This document shows, piece by piece, positions 47,812 to 57,289 of a stretch of DNA of 64,000 bases. This stretch comes from an uncultured Candidatus Saccharibacteria bacterium (lineage in GTDB: Bacteria > Patescibacteriota > Doudnabacteria > UBA920), in NCBI GenBank assembly GCA_964600695.1, contig CAZRKK010000002.1:5354-69353 (forward strand), in the 5' to 3' direction. The translations under genes and the position numbers were made by a program. The notes beneath the pieces are model-generated. The model searched no databases. It saw only the letters and a list, made by a program, of their open reading frames with translations, and was not told the DNA's origin. The first letter of the stretch is position 1; each line of letters opens with the position of its first letter.

Positions 47812-48819
47812 ATGTTTCAAAGTAAAATTGGTATCGATTTGGGAACTGCAAATGTATTAGTTCATGTTCCTAAGCGAGGTATTATCATAAATGAACCAAC
47901 AGTAGTTGCTATCTCTGTGGATGACAATCGCGTTTTAGCGGTTGGTCAAGAAGCTAAAGAGATGTTGGGTCGCACTCCCGAAACTATTATTGCTAATCGG
48001 CCGATGCGAGATGGAGTAATTGCAGACTACAGAGTTACAGAGGCTATGCTTCGTTATTTTATTAACAAAGCTTTAGGTAAGGTTCGCTTTTTTCGTCCAG
48101 AAGTAATGATTAGTGTTCCTGGTGGGATCACTTCAACAGAAAGACGTGCGGTTATCGATGCGGCTCGTAGTGCTGGTGCAAAAACTGCCTTTGTAATTAA
48201 AGAAACCGTTGCGGCGGCGATTGGGGCAGGTATTCCTATTTCTTCGGCAAGCGGAAATTTGATTATTGATATGGGTGGTGGCACAACCGATGTGGCAGTA
48301 CTGTCGCTTGGTGGAATTGTAAATTCAACTTCAGTGCGTGTTGCAGGAAATAAAATTGACGCAGCCATCATTGAATACATTCGCAAGAAACATAGTTTAG
48401 CTGTAGGGGAGAGAACTGCCGAAGAAATAAAGATTAATATTGGCAGTGCTTTAGCTTTACCAGAAGAAGAAGTCATGGAAATTAAAGGCCGCGACAACAT
48501 TAGTGGTCTTCCAAAAACTGTAACAATTTCTACTAACGAAGTAGTAGAAGCTATTCAAGAAGAAATTAAAGAAATTGTGAAAGCTGTTAAAACTGTATTA
48601 CAAGATACTCCACCAGAACTAGCCAGTGATATTATTGATAAAGGCATGATTATGACCGGTGGTACTGCGATGCTTCGAAACCTGGATCAGTATATTTCTA
48701 AAGCTGTGGGAGTGCCGTGTTATGTAGCCGAAGAACCTTTGTTGTGTGTGGCTAAGGGCACAGCTATTGCGCTTGAACATCTAGACAGTTACAAGAAGAG
48801 TATTTTGAGTATAAAATAA
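47812..48819 (+). CDS. mreB: Rod-shape determining protein MreB
   Basis: IGIDLGTANVLV ... actin-fold ATPase. Confidence 0.9.
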   Translation: MFQSKIGIDLGTANVLVHVPKRGIIINEPTVVAISVDDNRVLAVGQEAKEMLGRTPETIIANRPMRDGVIADYRVTEAMLRYFINKALGKVRFFRPEVMISVPGGITSTERRAVIDAARSAGAKTAFVIKETVAAAIGAGIPISSASGNLIIDMGGGTTDVAVLSLGGIVNSTSVRVAGNKIDAAIIEYIRKKHSLAVGERTAEEIKINIGSALALPEEEVMEIKGRDNISGLPKTVTISTNEVVEAIQEEIKEIVKAVKTVLQDTPPELASDIIDKGMIMTGGTAMLRNLDQYISKAVGVPCYVAEEPLLCVAKGTAIALEHLDSYKKSILSIK

Positions 48820-48828
48820 TTTCAAAAA

Positions 48829-48892
48829 TAAAAACGGTTGCGGCCGTTTTTTAGGTAAAAAAGAGACGACCGAATTCGGTCGTCTTTATTTT
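48829..48892 (+). terminator. Two tandem intrinsic terminators
   Basis: aacggttgcggccgtt + T6, then AGACGACCGAATTCGGTCGTCT perfect palindrome + TTTATTTT. Confidence 0.8.
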
Positions 48893-49062
48893 CAGGTAAA
48901 CAGAATGTTCTTTAGAAATTTTTTACACTTATTAAAAAGTATAGGAATATAACCCTAAGTATGGTATAATTTATTTAAAGAAAGCTCTGTGAGTTGAAGC
49001 TCTGTCTTAGATATAGACTCAGGCTCAGCAAGCAAACACAGAAGAAATAAATACAAAAAATT

Positions 49063-49632
49063 ATGACTAATGCAAAACGTAAGGCGTTATATTTGTTTTT
49101 GACATCACTGTTAGGGATTTTATTATTACTGATGTTCCATAGATCTCTATTTGTAATCTATGATATCCTCGGTGGATTTTTCCCAACAAACCCATTTTTT
49201 AATGTTCGTTCGGAAGTGGTATTCACTTTAGATTTCTTCACTATGATAATAGCTATGTTTTTGGGTGGATGGTACGGAGTGTGGCTTGGTTTAGATTGGT
49301 ATAAGATGATTTATGAAGAACGTGAAAGCCGAGAATGGTTCCATGGTTTCTTACCTCATCATTGGAGAGGTTATCATGCTCGCAAGCACAAAACACAAAA
49401 AAATTCTGAACCAGAGTTCGAAAAGTTAGATGCAATGTCTAGCCCAAAACGTATTGTGGTAAAAGGACCTGTGGCTGCTTCTCGCCGAGTAGAAAGCTTT
49501 GCCTCTTTTAAAACTGCGCCAGCAGACACCGCTTGGAGCTTTGACGATGTAGCTGCTCCTTCGGAAACTGCTAAGCCAAAACGCAAAGCCGTTGCTAAAA
49601 AACGAGTTGTCAAAAAGAAGGTTGCTAAATAG
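49063..49632 (+). CDS. Hypothetical membrane protein with histone-like K/R/A/V-rich C-terminal tail
   Basis: 3 TM helices; C-terminus AKPKRKAVAKKRVVKKKVAK; promoter gtatgGTATAAT at 48963-48973. Confidence 0.55.
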   Translation: MTNAKRKALYLFLTSLLGILLLLMFHRSLFVIYDILGGFFPTNPFFNVRSEVVFTLDFFTMIIAMFLGGWYGVWLGLDWYKMIYEERESREWFHGFLPHHWRGYHARKHKTQKNSEPEFEKLDAMSSPKRIVVKGPVAASRRVESFASFKTAPADTAWSFDDVAAPSETAKPKRKAVAKKRVVKKKVAK

Positions 49633-49650
49633 TATATCTAAAATATTCGT

Positions 49651-50025
49651 ATGAAGTTAGATCAGTTAATACTCAAGACAATCATTGTTCAAGTTTTATT
49701 AATGATCACAAAGGTCATATTTTTTAGGTTTCTAAATACAGACTTGTTGCCAATATTGATTTTGTATTATTTAATTCTGGCCGCGATTTCGATTGCAATA
49801 GTCAGAAGGATGGGTGTTTTAAATTATTTTGAAGGTATTCTAGTTACCATAATTTGGTTAGTCTTGAATATTTTAATTGATTTACTAATTACTCAAGCTA
49901 TAATCGATAATGGTGTATTCTCCAATGGTCATTTCTGGATATCTTATTTAGTTTTACCTTTAGCTGTTTTAATTTTCCATAAGAAGGCCCATGTTGAAAC
50001 TAGAAAAGCCTTAAGAAATAGCTAG
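49651..50025 (+). CDS. Hypothetical small membrane protein (4 TM)
   Basis: 124-aa hydrophobic ORF. Confidence 0.5.
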   Translation: MKLDQLILKTIIVQVLLMITKVIFFRFLNTDLLPILILYYLILAAISIAIVRRMGVLNYFEGILVTIIWLVLNILIDLLITQAIIDNGVFSNGHFWISYLVLPLAVLIFHKKAHVETRKALRNS

Positions 50026-50114
50026 GACCAACGAACGTAGTTAAAACTTCACCTTTAAATAAGGTGATTTTTATTTAAATTGACTTTAGGTGAACGATTG
50101 TATACCATAACAAT

Positions 50115-51431
50115 ATGCAACCAATCATCGCTCATATTGATATGAATTCGTATTTCGCCACAGTGGAACAGCAGGATAACCCTGCTTGGCGTGGTCATCC
50201 TGTGGCAGTGTGTGAGCACTTGGGTGGAATTATTATTGCCGCCAGTGTAGAAGCCAAAAGATGGGGGATTAAAACCGGTACTCCTGTATGGAAAGCTCGC
50301 CGCATTTATCCAAAAATTATTTTAACTAAAACTAGCCCAGAGAGGTATAGATTTTATACGGCAAGGTTTTTAAAAGTATTTGAAGATTATACAGATAGAG
50401 TCGAAAAATATAGTATTGATGAAGCTTTTTTAGATTTAACTAAGTCTTGTAATATCCGTGGTTACAAAGATGGGATTTTACAAAAGTTGGACCCATGGCA
50501 AGAAGCCGCGCGAGTGATTAATGAAATTAAAACTCGCATGAAGACCGAAGTCGGAGATTGGATTACTTGCAGTGCCGGTGTCTCTTATTCAAAGTTAGTT
50601 GCTAAAATTGCTTCGGATTTGCAAAAGCCAGACGGCTTAGTAATTGTTCGTTCCGAGGACAAAGCCGCTCTGTATGATCGCCTTGCCTTAACAGATATTC
50701 CAGGTATTGGATCTCGCATGGAGATTCGTTTAAATAAGTTGGGTGTTAAAACTTTGTCGGAGTTGCGCGATTTTCCACTAACAAAGTTAGTAAGCTATTT
50801 TGGAATTCAAGGTTATCATTTACATAGCATGGGTCAATTAGAGGGGAGTTGGAAAGAAGAATTTGCAGATAACGATGACCAACCAGAAACTGCTTCCATG
50901 AAGTCTATTGGTCATATGTATACTATTCCGCAAGAGTTCCGTAAACAAAAAATTATGAAGCCGGTGTTGTATAAGTTATCAGAGATGGTTGGGGCTCGAT
51001 TGCGGGTTAATGGTTTAGCCGGTGGTGTTGTACATGTTCACGTGCACGACCCAGAGCGGTTGTGTGCCAATCGTGGTGGTAAAATTGGTTATTCCGTGCA
51101 AGATGGCCGCGATATATATTTAGAATGCCTAGCATTGTTAAAGCAAACCGGTATTAGTATGGAGGAGTTAGAAAGTAAGAGTTACTTAGTTGGTGTAACT
51201 GTGGCAGGTTTACAGCCCGTTATAGAGCAACCAAGCTTATTTAAAACTAAGCGCCATACCGGTAAATTAATGGAAGCACTCGATATTATAAACCAAAAAT
51301 ATGAAGATTTTACCATCGCTCGCGTACCAGCGTTCTTAGCCCGCGACATTATCCGTGACTCAATTGGTTTTGGCCGAATGAAAGAATTTAAAACCACTTT
51401 TATGCGAGGTGGGCAAGGCGGTTTTAAATAA
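50115..51431 (+). CDS. dinB: Y-family DNA polymerase (DNA polymerase IV-like)
   Basis: IAHIDMNSYFATVEQ, SIDEAFLD catalytic motifs. Confidence 0.85.
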   Translation: MQPIIAHIDMNSYFATVEQQDNPAWRGHPVAVCEHLGGIIIAASVEAKRWGIKTGTPVWKARRIYPKIILTKTSPERYRFYTARFLKVFEDYTDRVEKYSIDEAFLDLTKSCNIRGYKDGILQKLDPWQEAARVINEIKTRMKTEVGDWITCSAGVSYSKLVAKIASDLQKPDGLVIVRSEDKAALYDRLALTDIPGIGSRMEIRLNKLGVKTLSELRDFPLTKLVSYFGIQGYHLHSMGQLEGSWKEEFADNDDQPETASMKSIGHMYTIPQEFRKQKIMKPVLYKLSEMVGARLRVNGLAGGVVHVHVHDPERLCANRGGKIGYSVQDGRDIYLECLALLKQTGISMEELESKSYLVGVTVAGLQPVIEQPSLFKTKRHTGKLMEALDIINQKYEDFTIARVPAFLARDIIRDSIGFGRMKEFKTTFMRGGQGGFK

Positions 51432-51472
51432 AATAAAAAACGCTTCATTCAAGGAACAAAGCGTTGGGAATT

Positions 51473-52006
51473 TTAACTACTTGCTGTAACTGCATGAGTT
51501 TCTTTAACTGCAAAAAAGTTTTCAGCCCACTTTTTTATACGGCTCTTTTGCGGTGGCAATGGGGTGCAGGCTAGTAAGATCCAAAATAAAGTATAGGCAA
51601 TATGTTCGACTAATCTTGCTGCACTGACGGGGGTAATAATCCTTGTTAGATATTCATAAATTACAGAATAAGCAAAGTATAATGTCATTCCGTAAAGGAA
51701 AATCCTAACAAATTTATGAAATGAATCGATGCGGTTAGGGTTACAGGTGTTGCTTACTGGTTTTATAGTTTCATCGACTTTATCCGCCCACCATACCAGA
51801 ATTAAAGGGAATAAGAAGATAAATATCGTAAAAATTCCTGTCGAAAGGTCTAAGCCTTTGATCATTATCTTATCTACTGCAACGACACAGGATGCAACTG
51901 CATAAACTAAGATTGCCGCATATTTAATTAACTTTAGACTGATTCCAAAGTTTCTTTGTAATCGATGGCAGGTTTTTTCGACTTTATCACAAATCCAGTC
52001 ATCCAT
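51473..52006 (-). CDS. Hypothetical membrane protein
   Basis: 177-aa ORF, 4 TM; RBS rc of ctcctcc immediately upstream. Confidence 0.5.
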   Translation of the reverse strand: MDDWICDKVEKTCHRLQRNFGISLKLIKYAAILVYAVASCVVAVDKIMIKGLDLSTGIFTIFIFLFPLILVWWADKVDETIKPVSNTCNPNRIDSFHKFVRIFLYGMTLYFAYSVIYEYLTRIITPVSAARLVEHIAYTLFWILLACTPLPPQKSRIKKWAENFFAVKETHAVTASS

Positions 52007-52181
52007 ATTAATTCCTCCTTTTGAAAAATAAGATTACCTCAAAATTTGGGTTTTGTCAATGGTTTGTGGTATAATTAGCTTACAAAATATAGTAAATGAA
52101 AGTGTGGAAGGTGATTTTTTCGCACCTTCTTCCTAGCATTCTGAAATCAAAATTCAAACTAAAAATAGATAACAAAACAAA

Positions 52182-52505
52182 ATGGTTGCGATTCAATTTT
52201 ATAGAAAGTTTATAACCGAATTTGTTCGAGAACAGATGATTGTTCTCGGTCCAAATTTAGCTGTCGACACAGCGAACCGTGCCGAAGGTATAACGATTAA
52301 TAATCGTGGACAGGTTGTAGAAATCGTAGGTGATGGGAGCCAGGTTTTGTATTTGGTCGTGCAGGAGTATTTAAAACTTTCACCACAGCTAACTAACCAT
52401 TCAATCCATTCATTATTCGTTAAATATCCAGACATTGCAGAAGAATATCCAGAACATTTTACAAAAGTTAGCTTAATTTGTCCGTTAATGATTCCTGAAG
52501 CATGA
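52182..52505 (+). CDS. Hypothetical small protein, ATGA-overlapped with the histidine kinase gene
   Basis: 107-aa ORF; promoter tttgTGgTATAAT at 52063-52073. Confidence 0.5.
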   Translation: MVAIQFYRKFITEFVREQMIVLGPNLAVDTANRAEGITINNRGQVVEIVGDGSQVLYLVVQEYLKLSPQLTNHSIHSLFVKYPDIAEEYPEHFTKVSLICPLMIPEA

Positions 52506-54169
52506 TCATAGAATTATTATTACTTGCTGATTTTGCGGTTTTAGGAGTAGTCTTAGCTATCTATTTAAGACGTATTTATCGTGAGCGAAATAAGTTGGTT
52601 GGAGAAGCTAGCCGAACTTTAGAGCTACAGCAGAGAATGTATCAGATTCAGGTGCTTCAGGAGATCAGCGAAAGAATCGGTTACTCATTAGAAGGTAGTA
52701 AGATAATTGAAATCATTACCAACAGTATCGGGAACTTGCTCGAATATGAAACAGTATCATTCATGCTGTACAGCAAGAGTGATTCTGTAGTATTTAAGTG
52801 CCATGTTCATAAAGAAGTTAATCATCGGTTCATTCTTCAGGTCAAAGACCATATGATGGCCGCCACTAACGCTTTGTGTCGTCCTAAAAATCTAAATATA
52901 AAATTGGATGAAAGAATCGGCGGGGCAATTTTAGATGATCAACTTCAAGTTGATGTTAAATCATTTGTAAACATTCCTGTAATTATCGGAACGGAATTAC
53001 TTGGTTTGATAAATATTTCGTCATCTAAACCTGGTTTGTTCGGTTGGCAGCAAGCAGCAGTTTTGTTTACGATTACAAACCAAGCAGCGGTTGCAGTGTC
53101 TCAACTGCAAACCATGTTGGAAAGCGAAAAGGGAAAACTCACAGGGGTAATTTCTGCTATGACAGACGGGGTTTTGATGCTCGATTTAAATAATCAACTT
53201 CAGATTTATAATCCCGCAGTTGTGGATTTACTCGATTTGCCGGTGGGTAGAAAAATTACCATGTTTGATATAGTCGATAGCTTAGCCGGAAAAGTAGATT
53301 TGCGAACTAAAATTGACGAGTCATTAGTTAAGGGAATCCCTATTGAAATAAAAGAATTGTTTGTTCATGATAAAGCTTTAGAGATTACTATCACACCAGT
53401 GCGGGATCATTCCGGGGAGCATCGAGGAGTAGCTGTAATTTTGCATGATGTCACTTCTGATAAAGCTTTAGATAAACTCAGGCAGGAATTTACCGCCATG
53501 ATGGTCCATGAATTACGAGCTCCTCTTACAGCGGTTAGATGGTCAAGCGAAGCGTTGCTTAAAAACTTATCTGGTGCACAACAACAGTTGGAAGCAGTAA
53601 AAGTAAAGGACAGTGTTACCAATATTGATATTGCAGCAACCAACATGCTAGAGCTGGTAAATGATTTGTTAGATGTTGCAAAGATTGAAGCTGGGAAGTT
53701 TGATTTAAATATTCAGGAGTATGATTTGTCGGATGTTATCAATCAAGAGATTCAAACTTTTACACCTCAAGCAGAAGGCAAACACTTAGCTTTGAATTTT
53801 ATTACACCTGGGGTAACGAAAGTAAAGTTTGATAAAGTTCGCATCGGACAAGTATTAGGTAACTTGTTGAGTAATGCTATCAAATATACTGACAGTGGGC
53901 AGATAGATGTAAATTTAACCGTAGATTCTTCTAAAGATGAAGTCGTGATTGCGATAAAAGATACAGGTTTGGGTGTAAGTAGAGAAGATCTCTCTGTATT
54001 GTTTTCTAAATTTAAACAACTGAAAACCTTTGACCGCTCACGCAAAGGCACAGGATTAGGCTTGGTAGTTTCGAGGGGAATTATTGAAGCTCATAAAGGT
54101 AGAATTTGGGCAGAGAGTGCTGGTGAGAACTTAGGGTCCACTTTTTCGTTCAGCTTGCCGATGAAGTAA
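52502..54169 (+). CDS. Sensor histidine kinase (TM, GAF/PAS-like region, HisKA, HATPase_c)
   Basis: H-box MVHELRAPLTAV; G-boxes DTGLGV, GTGLGLVVSRGIIEAHKGRIWAES. Confidence 0.85.
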   Translation: MIIELLLLADFAVLGVVLAIYLRRIYRERNKLVGEASRTLELQQRMYQIQVLQEISERIGYSLEGSKIIEIITNSIGNLLEYETVSFMLYSKSDSVVFKCHVHKEVNHRFILQVKDHMMAATNALCRPKNLNIKLDERIGGAILDDQLQVDVKSFVNIPVIIGTELLGLINISSSKPGLFGWQQAAVLFTITNQAAVAVSQLQTMLESEKGKLTGVISAMTDGVLMLDLNNQLQIYNPAVVDLLDLPVGRKITMFDIVDSLAGKVDLRTKIDESLVKGIPIEIKELFVHDKALEITITPVRDHSGEHRGVAVILHDVTSDKALDKLRQEFTAMMVHELRAPLTAVRWSSEALLKNLSGAQQQLEAVKVKDSVTNIDIAATNMLELVNDLLDVAKIEAGKFDLNIQEYDLSDVINQEIQTFTPQAEGKHLALNFITPGVTKVKFDKVRIGQVLGNLLSNAIKYTDSGQIDVNLTVDSSKDEVVIAIKDTGLGVSREDLSVLFSKFKQLKTFDRSRKGTGLGLVVSRGIIEAHKGRIWAESAGENLGSTFSFSLPMK

Positions 54170-54239
54170 TTAGTATTTCTGTGGATAACTTTTTTTTGCT
54201 CAGAGAGGTATAATATATTTATATTAGTAACTTAAAAAA

Positions 54240-54614
54240 ATGCTGAAAATTGTTTGTGCGGAAGATGACAAAATGATAGCAACTTCTTTGACAGAAGGCT
54301 TTAAAACCGGGGGTTTCGAAGTAACTCCAGCTTATGACGGAGAAGAAGCTTTAGCCAAGATTAAACAAGTTAAGCCTGATGTGGTGCTTTTAGATATTAT
54401 GATGCCAAAGCTTGACGGTATAGGTGTAGTTTGGGAAATGAAGGCAGATTCAGAAATAGCCGACATCCCAGTTGTAATGCTTACTAACTTAAGTGATCCT
54501 GCTACTGTTAGTAAAATTTTAGAAGCCGGTGTTACTGATTATCTTTTGAAGAGTGAACAGACTATAGATCAGATTGTAGAGAAGGTTCATGAAGTAATGA
54601 ACCGCGGGAAATAA
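54240..54614 (+). CDS. Single-domain response regulator (receiver only, CheY-like)
   Basis: 124 aa; DDK...D(VVLLDIMMP)...K receiver residues; no output domain. Confidence 0.8.
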   Translation: MLKIVCAEDDKMIATSLTEGFKTGGFEVTPAYDGEEALAKIKQVKPDVVLLDIMMPKLDGIGVVWEMKADSEIADIPVVMLTNLSDPATVSKILEAGVTDYLLKSEQTIDQIVEKVHEVMNRGK

Positions 54615-54625
54615 ATATTATCTAA

Positions 54626-55249
54626 ATGGATGTAATAGCCCATACACTGTGGACAAACGCAGTTTTTCATTTTAAGTATAAGAATCAACGCAGAATGCGG
54701 TATCTTGCCGCTTTTTTTGGTGTTGCTCCGGACTTAGTAGGCTTTACGCCACTCTTTATTTACTTAATTATTTCCGGACGAGTCTTTAATGGAGAAAGAC
54801 TTTCGTTTTTGTATCAAACTCATTGGACTTTCCGATTTGCAGAGGAGGCTTATAACTACACTCATAGCTTAGTTATTTTCGGAATTTGTTTTTTATCAGT
54901 TTTAATACTAGGTAATTTATACAAACATTTAAAGCGTGGTTCTTTGCAAAGCTTTTCTTGGCGGAAGGCATGGTTTTTTTGGCCAATGTTAGGCTGGGCT
55001 TTGCATATCTTGATTGACATACCAACTCATCCAGATTTTTACTCTACGCCTTTCTTGTACCCAATTTCTAGTTTTGAGAATCATCATGGTATGCCCTGGA
55101 GTCATCCAGTATTTATGGTAGTAAATTACACTTTGCTGGCAATGGCTTACGCAGCAATTTCTGTTTACCATCGCCGTCGCCGCAATGCAAAAATCTTAAG
55201 TAAAAGTTTAAATAAAGATGGCAAAAAAAATCACTCGAACAATAAATAA
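54626..55249 (+). CDS. Hypothetical membrane protein, possibly metal-dependent membrane hydrolase-like
   Basis: 207 aa, His-rich loops, 4-5 TM; overlaps the next gene by 32 nt. Confidence 0.4.
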   Translation: MDVIAHTLWTNAVFHFKYKNQRRMRYLAAFFGVAPDLVGFTPLFIYLIISGRVFNGERLSFLYQTHWTFRFAEEAYNYTHSLVIFGICFLSVLILGNLYKHLKRGSLQSFSWRKAWFFWPMLGWALHILIDIPTHPDFYSTPFLYPISSFENHHGMPWSHPVFMVVNYTLLAMAYAAISVYHRRRRNAKILSKSLNKDGKKNHSNNK

Positions 55250-55745
55250 TCGACCAATAAATAACCAGCCCACAAATAATCACCTGTATGTAATTGCTCA
55301 TAACATTCGGTCTTTGCATAATGTGGGATCGATTTTTCGTACAGCAGATAGTTTTGGGGTAGATAAAGTCTATCTAACTGGTTACACTGGAGCACCAGTT
55401 GATAAAAATGCAGACAAAATTTCGAAAGTTGCACTTGGGGCAGAAAAGTTTGTGCCGTGGGAGCAATCTAAATCTTTGTTAAGAGTGGTAAAAAAGCTTA
55501 AATTAGCCGGAGTCAGGATTATAGCTTTAGAGAATAATGTAAAGTTTAAGACCACTGCTTTAAATAAATATAAACCGCAGTTTCCGTCGGCTTTGATCTT
55601 AGGTGAAGAAACCAAAGGTCATACTAAAAAAACCTTAGAATTAGTTGATGATATTGTGGAAATTCCCATGCATGGCCAAAAAGAAAGCTTGAATGTCTCT
55701 GTGGCTTGTGGTGTTGCATTGTATGGTTTGCGGTCAAACGATTAG
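55218..55745 (+). CDS. SpoU/TrmH-family RNA 2'-O-methyltransferase
   Basis: HNVGSIFRTADSFGVDKVYLTG ... LGEETKGH ... IPMHGQKESLNVSVACGVALY. Confidence 0.75.
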   Translation: MAKKITRTINNRPINNQPTNNHLYVIAHNIRSLHNVGSIFRTADSFGVDKVYLTGYTGAPVDKNADKISKVALGAEKFVPWEQSKSLLRVVKKLKLAGVRIIALENNVKFKTTALNKYKPQFPSALILGEETKGHTKKTLELVDDIVEIPMHGQKESLNVSVACGVALYGLRSND

Positions 55746-55755
55746 TAAAATAAAA

Positions 55756-55793
55756 AATACCGAACCCAAATAAAAATAGGTTTCGGTATTTTA
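55756..55793. terminator. Bidirectional terminator between convergent genes
   Basis: ataccgaaccc ... gggtttcggtat hairpin flanked by A/T runs. Confidence 0.6.
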
Positions 55794-55795
55794 AT

Positions 55796-56602
55796 TTAGC
55801 TACGAGCTAAATTAATAGTATCTGTGGCAGCTTTTAGATAGTTTTTACATCTGTTTAAGCTTAGCTCACCGGTTTCTGGATCGTGCAGATTTCCTTCCGC
55901 ATCAAAGCTGAATGGCTTGTATGATCGATTCCATTTAAGGAAGGGAAGTAATTCTGGGAAGTTATTTGCCGACAATCCTCCTGCGAACCCAAGTCCAAAC
56001 AGTGTCGGTAAATGCAGTTCGTCGAAGGCGGAGATGTATTCGTTTGCTTCATCTGTGTTCAACAATTTTCCTTGACCAGCCGATTTATCAAATAGTAAGT
56101 AATTGGTTATCCCAGCATATTGCCGTAGTCTTTTGGCCAATGATGTAGGGGTTTTAAATCTGTTGATTACTTTGCTATTCAACTGAATGACGATCTTTAA
56201 GTCTGGATTTGAATCTCTGATCTCAAATAAGTCTTCTGGATCTGGGAGATTCATATTGAGTTGAAAACCATCCAGTCTAACATTGGCCTCGCGACAAATT
56301 TGAATGTAGTTATAGATTAGAACGTACATATCACTCGCGTGGTTGGCATTGTCAGGGACATGAAGATGGATTAAATTCAAACATCTCTCGTCATCAATAA
56401 AGATTTTCGGTAGGTCTATTGTTTTAGGATGCCGGGGTGGTTTTTTATCTTCACCTCGGCCATCTTTGTCAAAATAATGGCCGCCGTGGGCTAGGCCTCC
56501 TACCATTAGTTTATAACCTGGTGGTAATGATAAATCCATGAGCACGGATTCAACTTGTTCTCGTTTCATAAACCCTGTAATCCCGATATAAGGTGTTTCC
56601 AT
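55796..56602 (-). CDS. Hypothetical protein, possibly TIM-barrel fold; function unassigned
   Basis: 268-aa ORF with GGAGG RBS (rc of cctccg at 56609-56614). Confidence 0.55.
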   Translation of the reverse strand: METPYIGITGFMKREQVESVLMDLSLPPGYKLMVGGLAHGGHYFDKDGRGEDKKPPRHPKTIDLPKIFIDDERCLNLIHLHVPDNANHASDMYVLIYNYIQICREANVRLDGFQLNMNLPDPEDLFEIRDSNPDLKIVIQLNSKVINRFKTPTSLAKRLRQYAGITNYLLFDKSAGQGKLLNTDEANEYISAFDELHLPTLFGLGFAGGLSANNFPELLPFLKWNRSYKPFSFDAEGNLHDPETGELSLNRCKNYLKAATDTINLARS

Positions 56603-56684
56603 AATTCCTCCGTATTAACTTGGTAGAATAACAGCTGTGCAGGGAAGAGTCAAAAAAAAGAGGCACGGCCTCTTTTAATTAGAC

Positions 56685-56912
56685 TTAATTGAAGAATGAT
56701 AAAACTTTGTCCAACATTGTTCTAAGCTTTTTCTTGAGATTATTTCTCAGCTTCATTTCCTCCGGAATATGATAGTACTTACTATTTTTAACTGCTCGAT
56801 CAAACGCAACCTTGAAGGGGATCCCTTCTTCTTTTGCTTTGTCGAAGATAGAGCGGGTATCGGCAGCTTTTCTAAGTGGTTCTTGCGAAAAAATATTCCC
56901 TAGATCTGACAT
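56685..56912 (-). CDS. Small hypothetical basic protein (75 aa from second Met)
   Basis: AAAGGAGGAGATATA-ATG RBS supports start MSDLGNIF; ORF-track upstream Met at 56933 lies inside the RBS. Confidence 0.45.
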   Translation of the reverse strand: MSDLGNIFSQEPLRKAADTRSIFDKAKEEGIPFKVAFDRAVKNSKYYHIPEEMKLRNNLKKKLRTMLDKVLSFFN

Positions 56913-57064
56913 TATATCTCCTCCTTTTCTCATTAGTATTATACCAAAACCTACTTAACTTAACAAAAGATAACTAGTATTTTGCTGTACTGTGGATAGC
57001 TGGGAAACATCCTTGCGAAACATTTAAATCTCCTTTAAATACAAGGAGTTTTTTAATTTTTTAT

Positions 57065-57161
57065 GTTTGTGGAACCTTTGCTAGATGGGGGAATGTGGGT
57101 TATAATGAATTCAAGTGGTGAGGAGTGGGGACAAGTGGGGACAAGTGGGTGGATAAGTGGA
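57065..57161 (+). promoter_or_regulatory. mraZ promoter (TTGCTA-N18-TATAAT, -10 at 57101-57106) overlapped by phased GTGGG/GTGGN direct repeats (candidate MraZ operator array)
   Basis: GTGGN pentamers at 57085 (ATGGG), 57095, 57115, 57125, 57135, 57145 on exact 10-bp phasing, plus 57149 and 57157. Confidence 0.6.
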
Positions 57162-57289
57162 TAACTCAAAACCATGAATTGCGAATTTCCTAACAAATAT
57201 TAAAATTTGGCTACTAGAATGTGAGTTGGTGTTTACTGCTAAGGAATCACAAACTAACGTTCTACTAGCTCAAGCTGGTAACGTACATT

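Noticed and set aside
48960-49062. Direct repeat aagctctgt x2 and near-palindrome gtcttagatatagac in the leader of gene 49063
   Set aside because: Short and imperfect, with no recurrence elsewhere in the window; insufficient evidence for a regulatory element.
57115-57160. Tandem repeats gacaagtgggg x2 considered as a CRISPR or minisatellite
   Set aside because: Only two 11-nt units, no spacers and no cas genes; the periodicity matches MraZ-type TGGGN operator repeats instead.
56991-57161. Cluster of DnaA-box-like sequences (TGTGGATAG, GTGGATAA x2) as a possible replication origin
   Set aside because: There is no dnaA gene, no AT-rich 13-mer unwinding element and no additional consensus boxes. 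The GTGGA units are better explained as part of the 10-bp-phased MraZ operator array; kept only as a low-interest motif finding.
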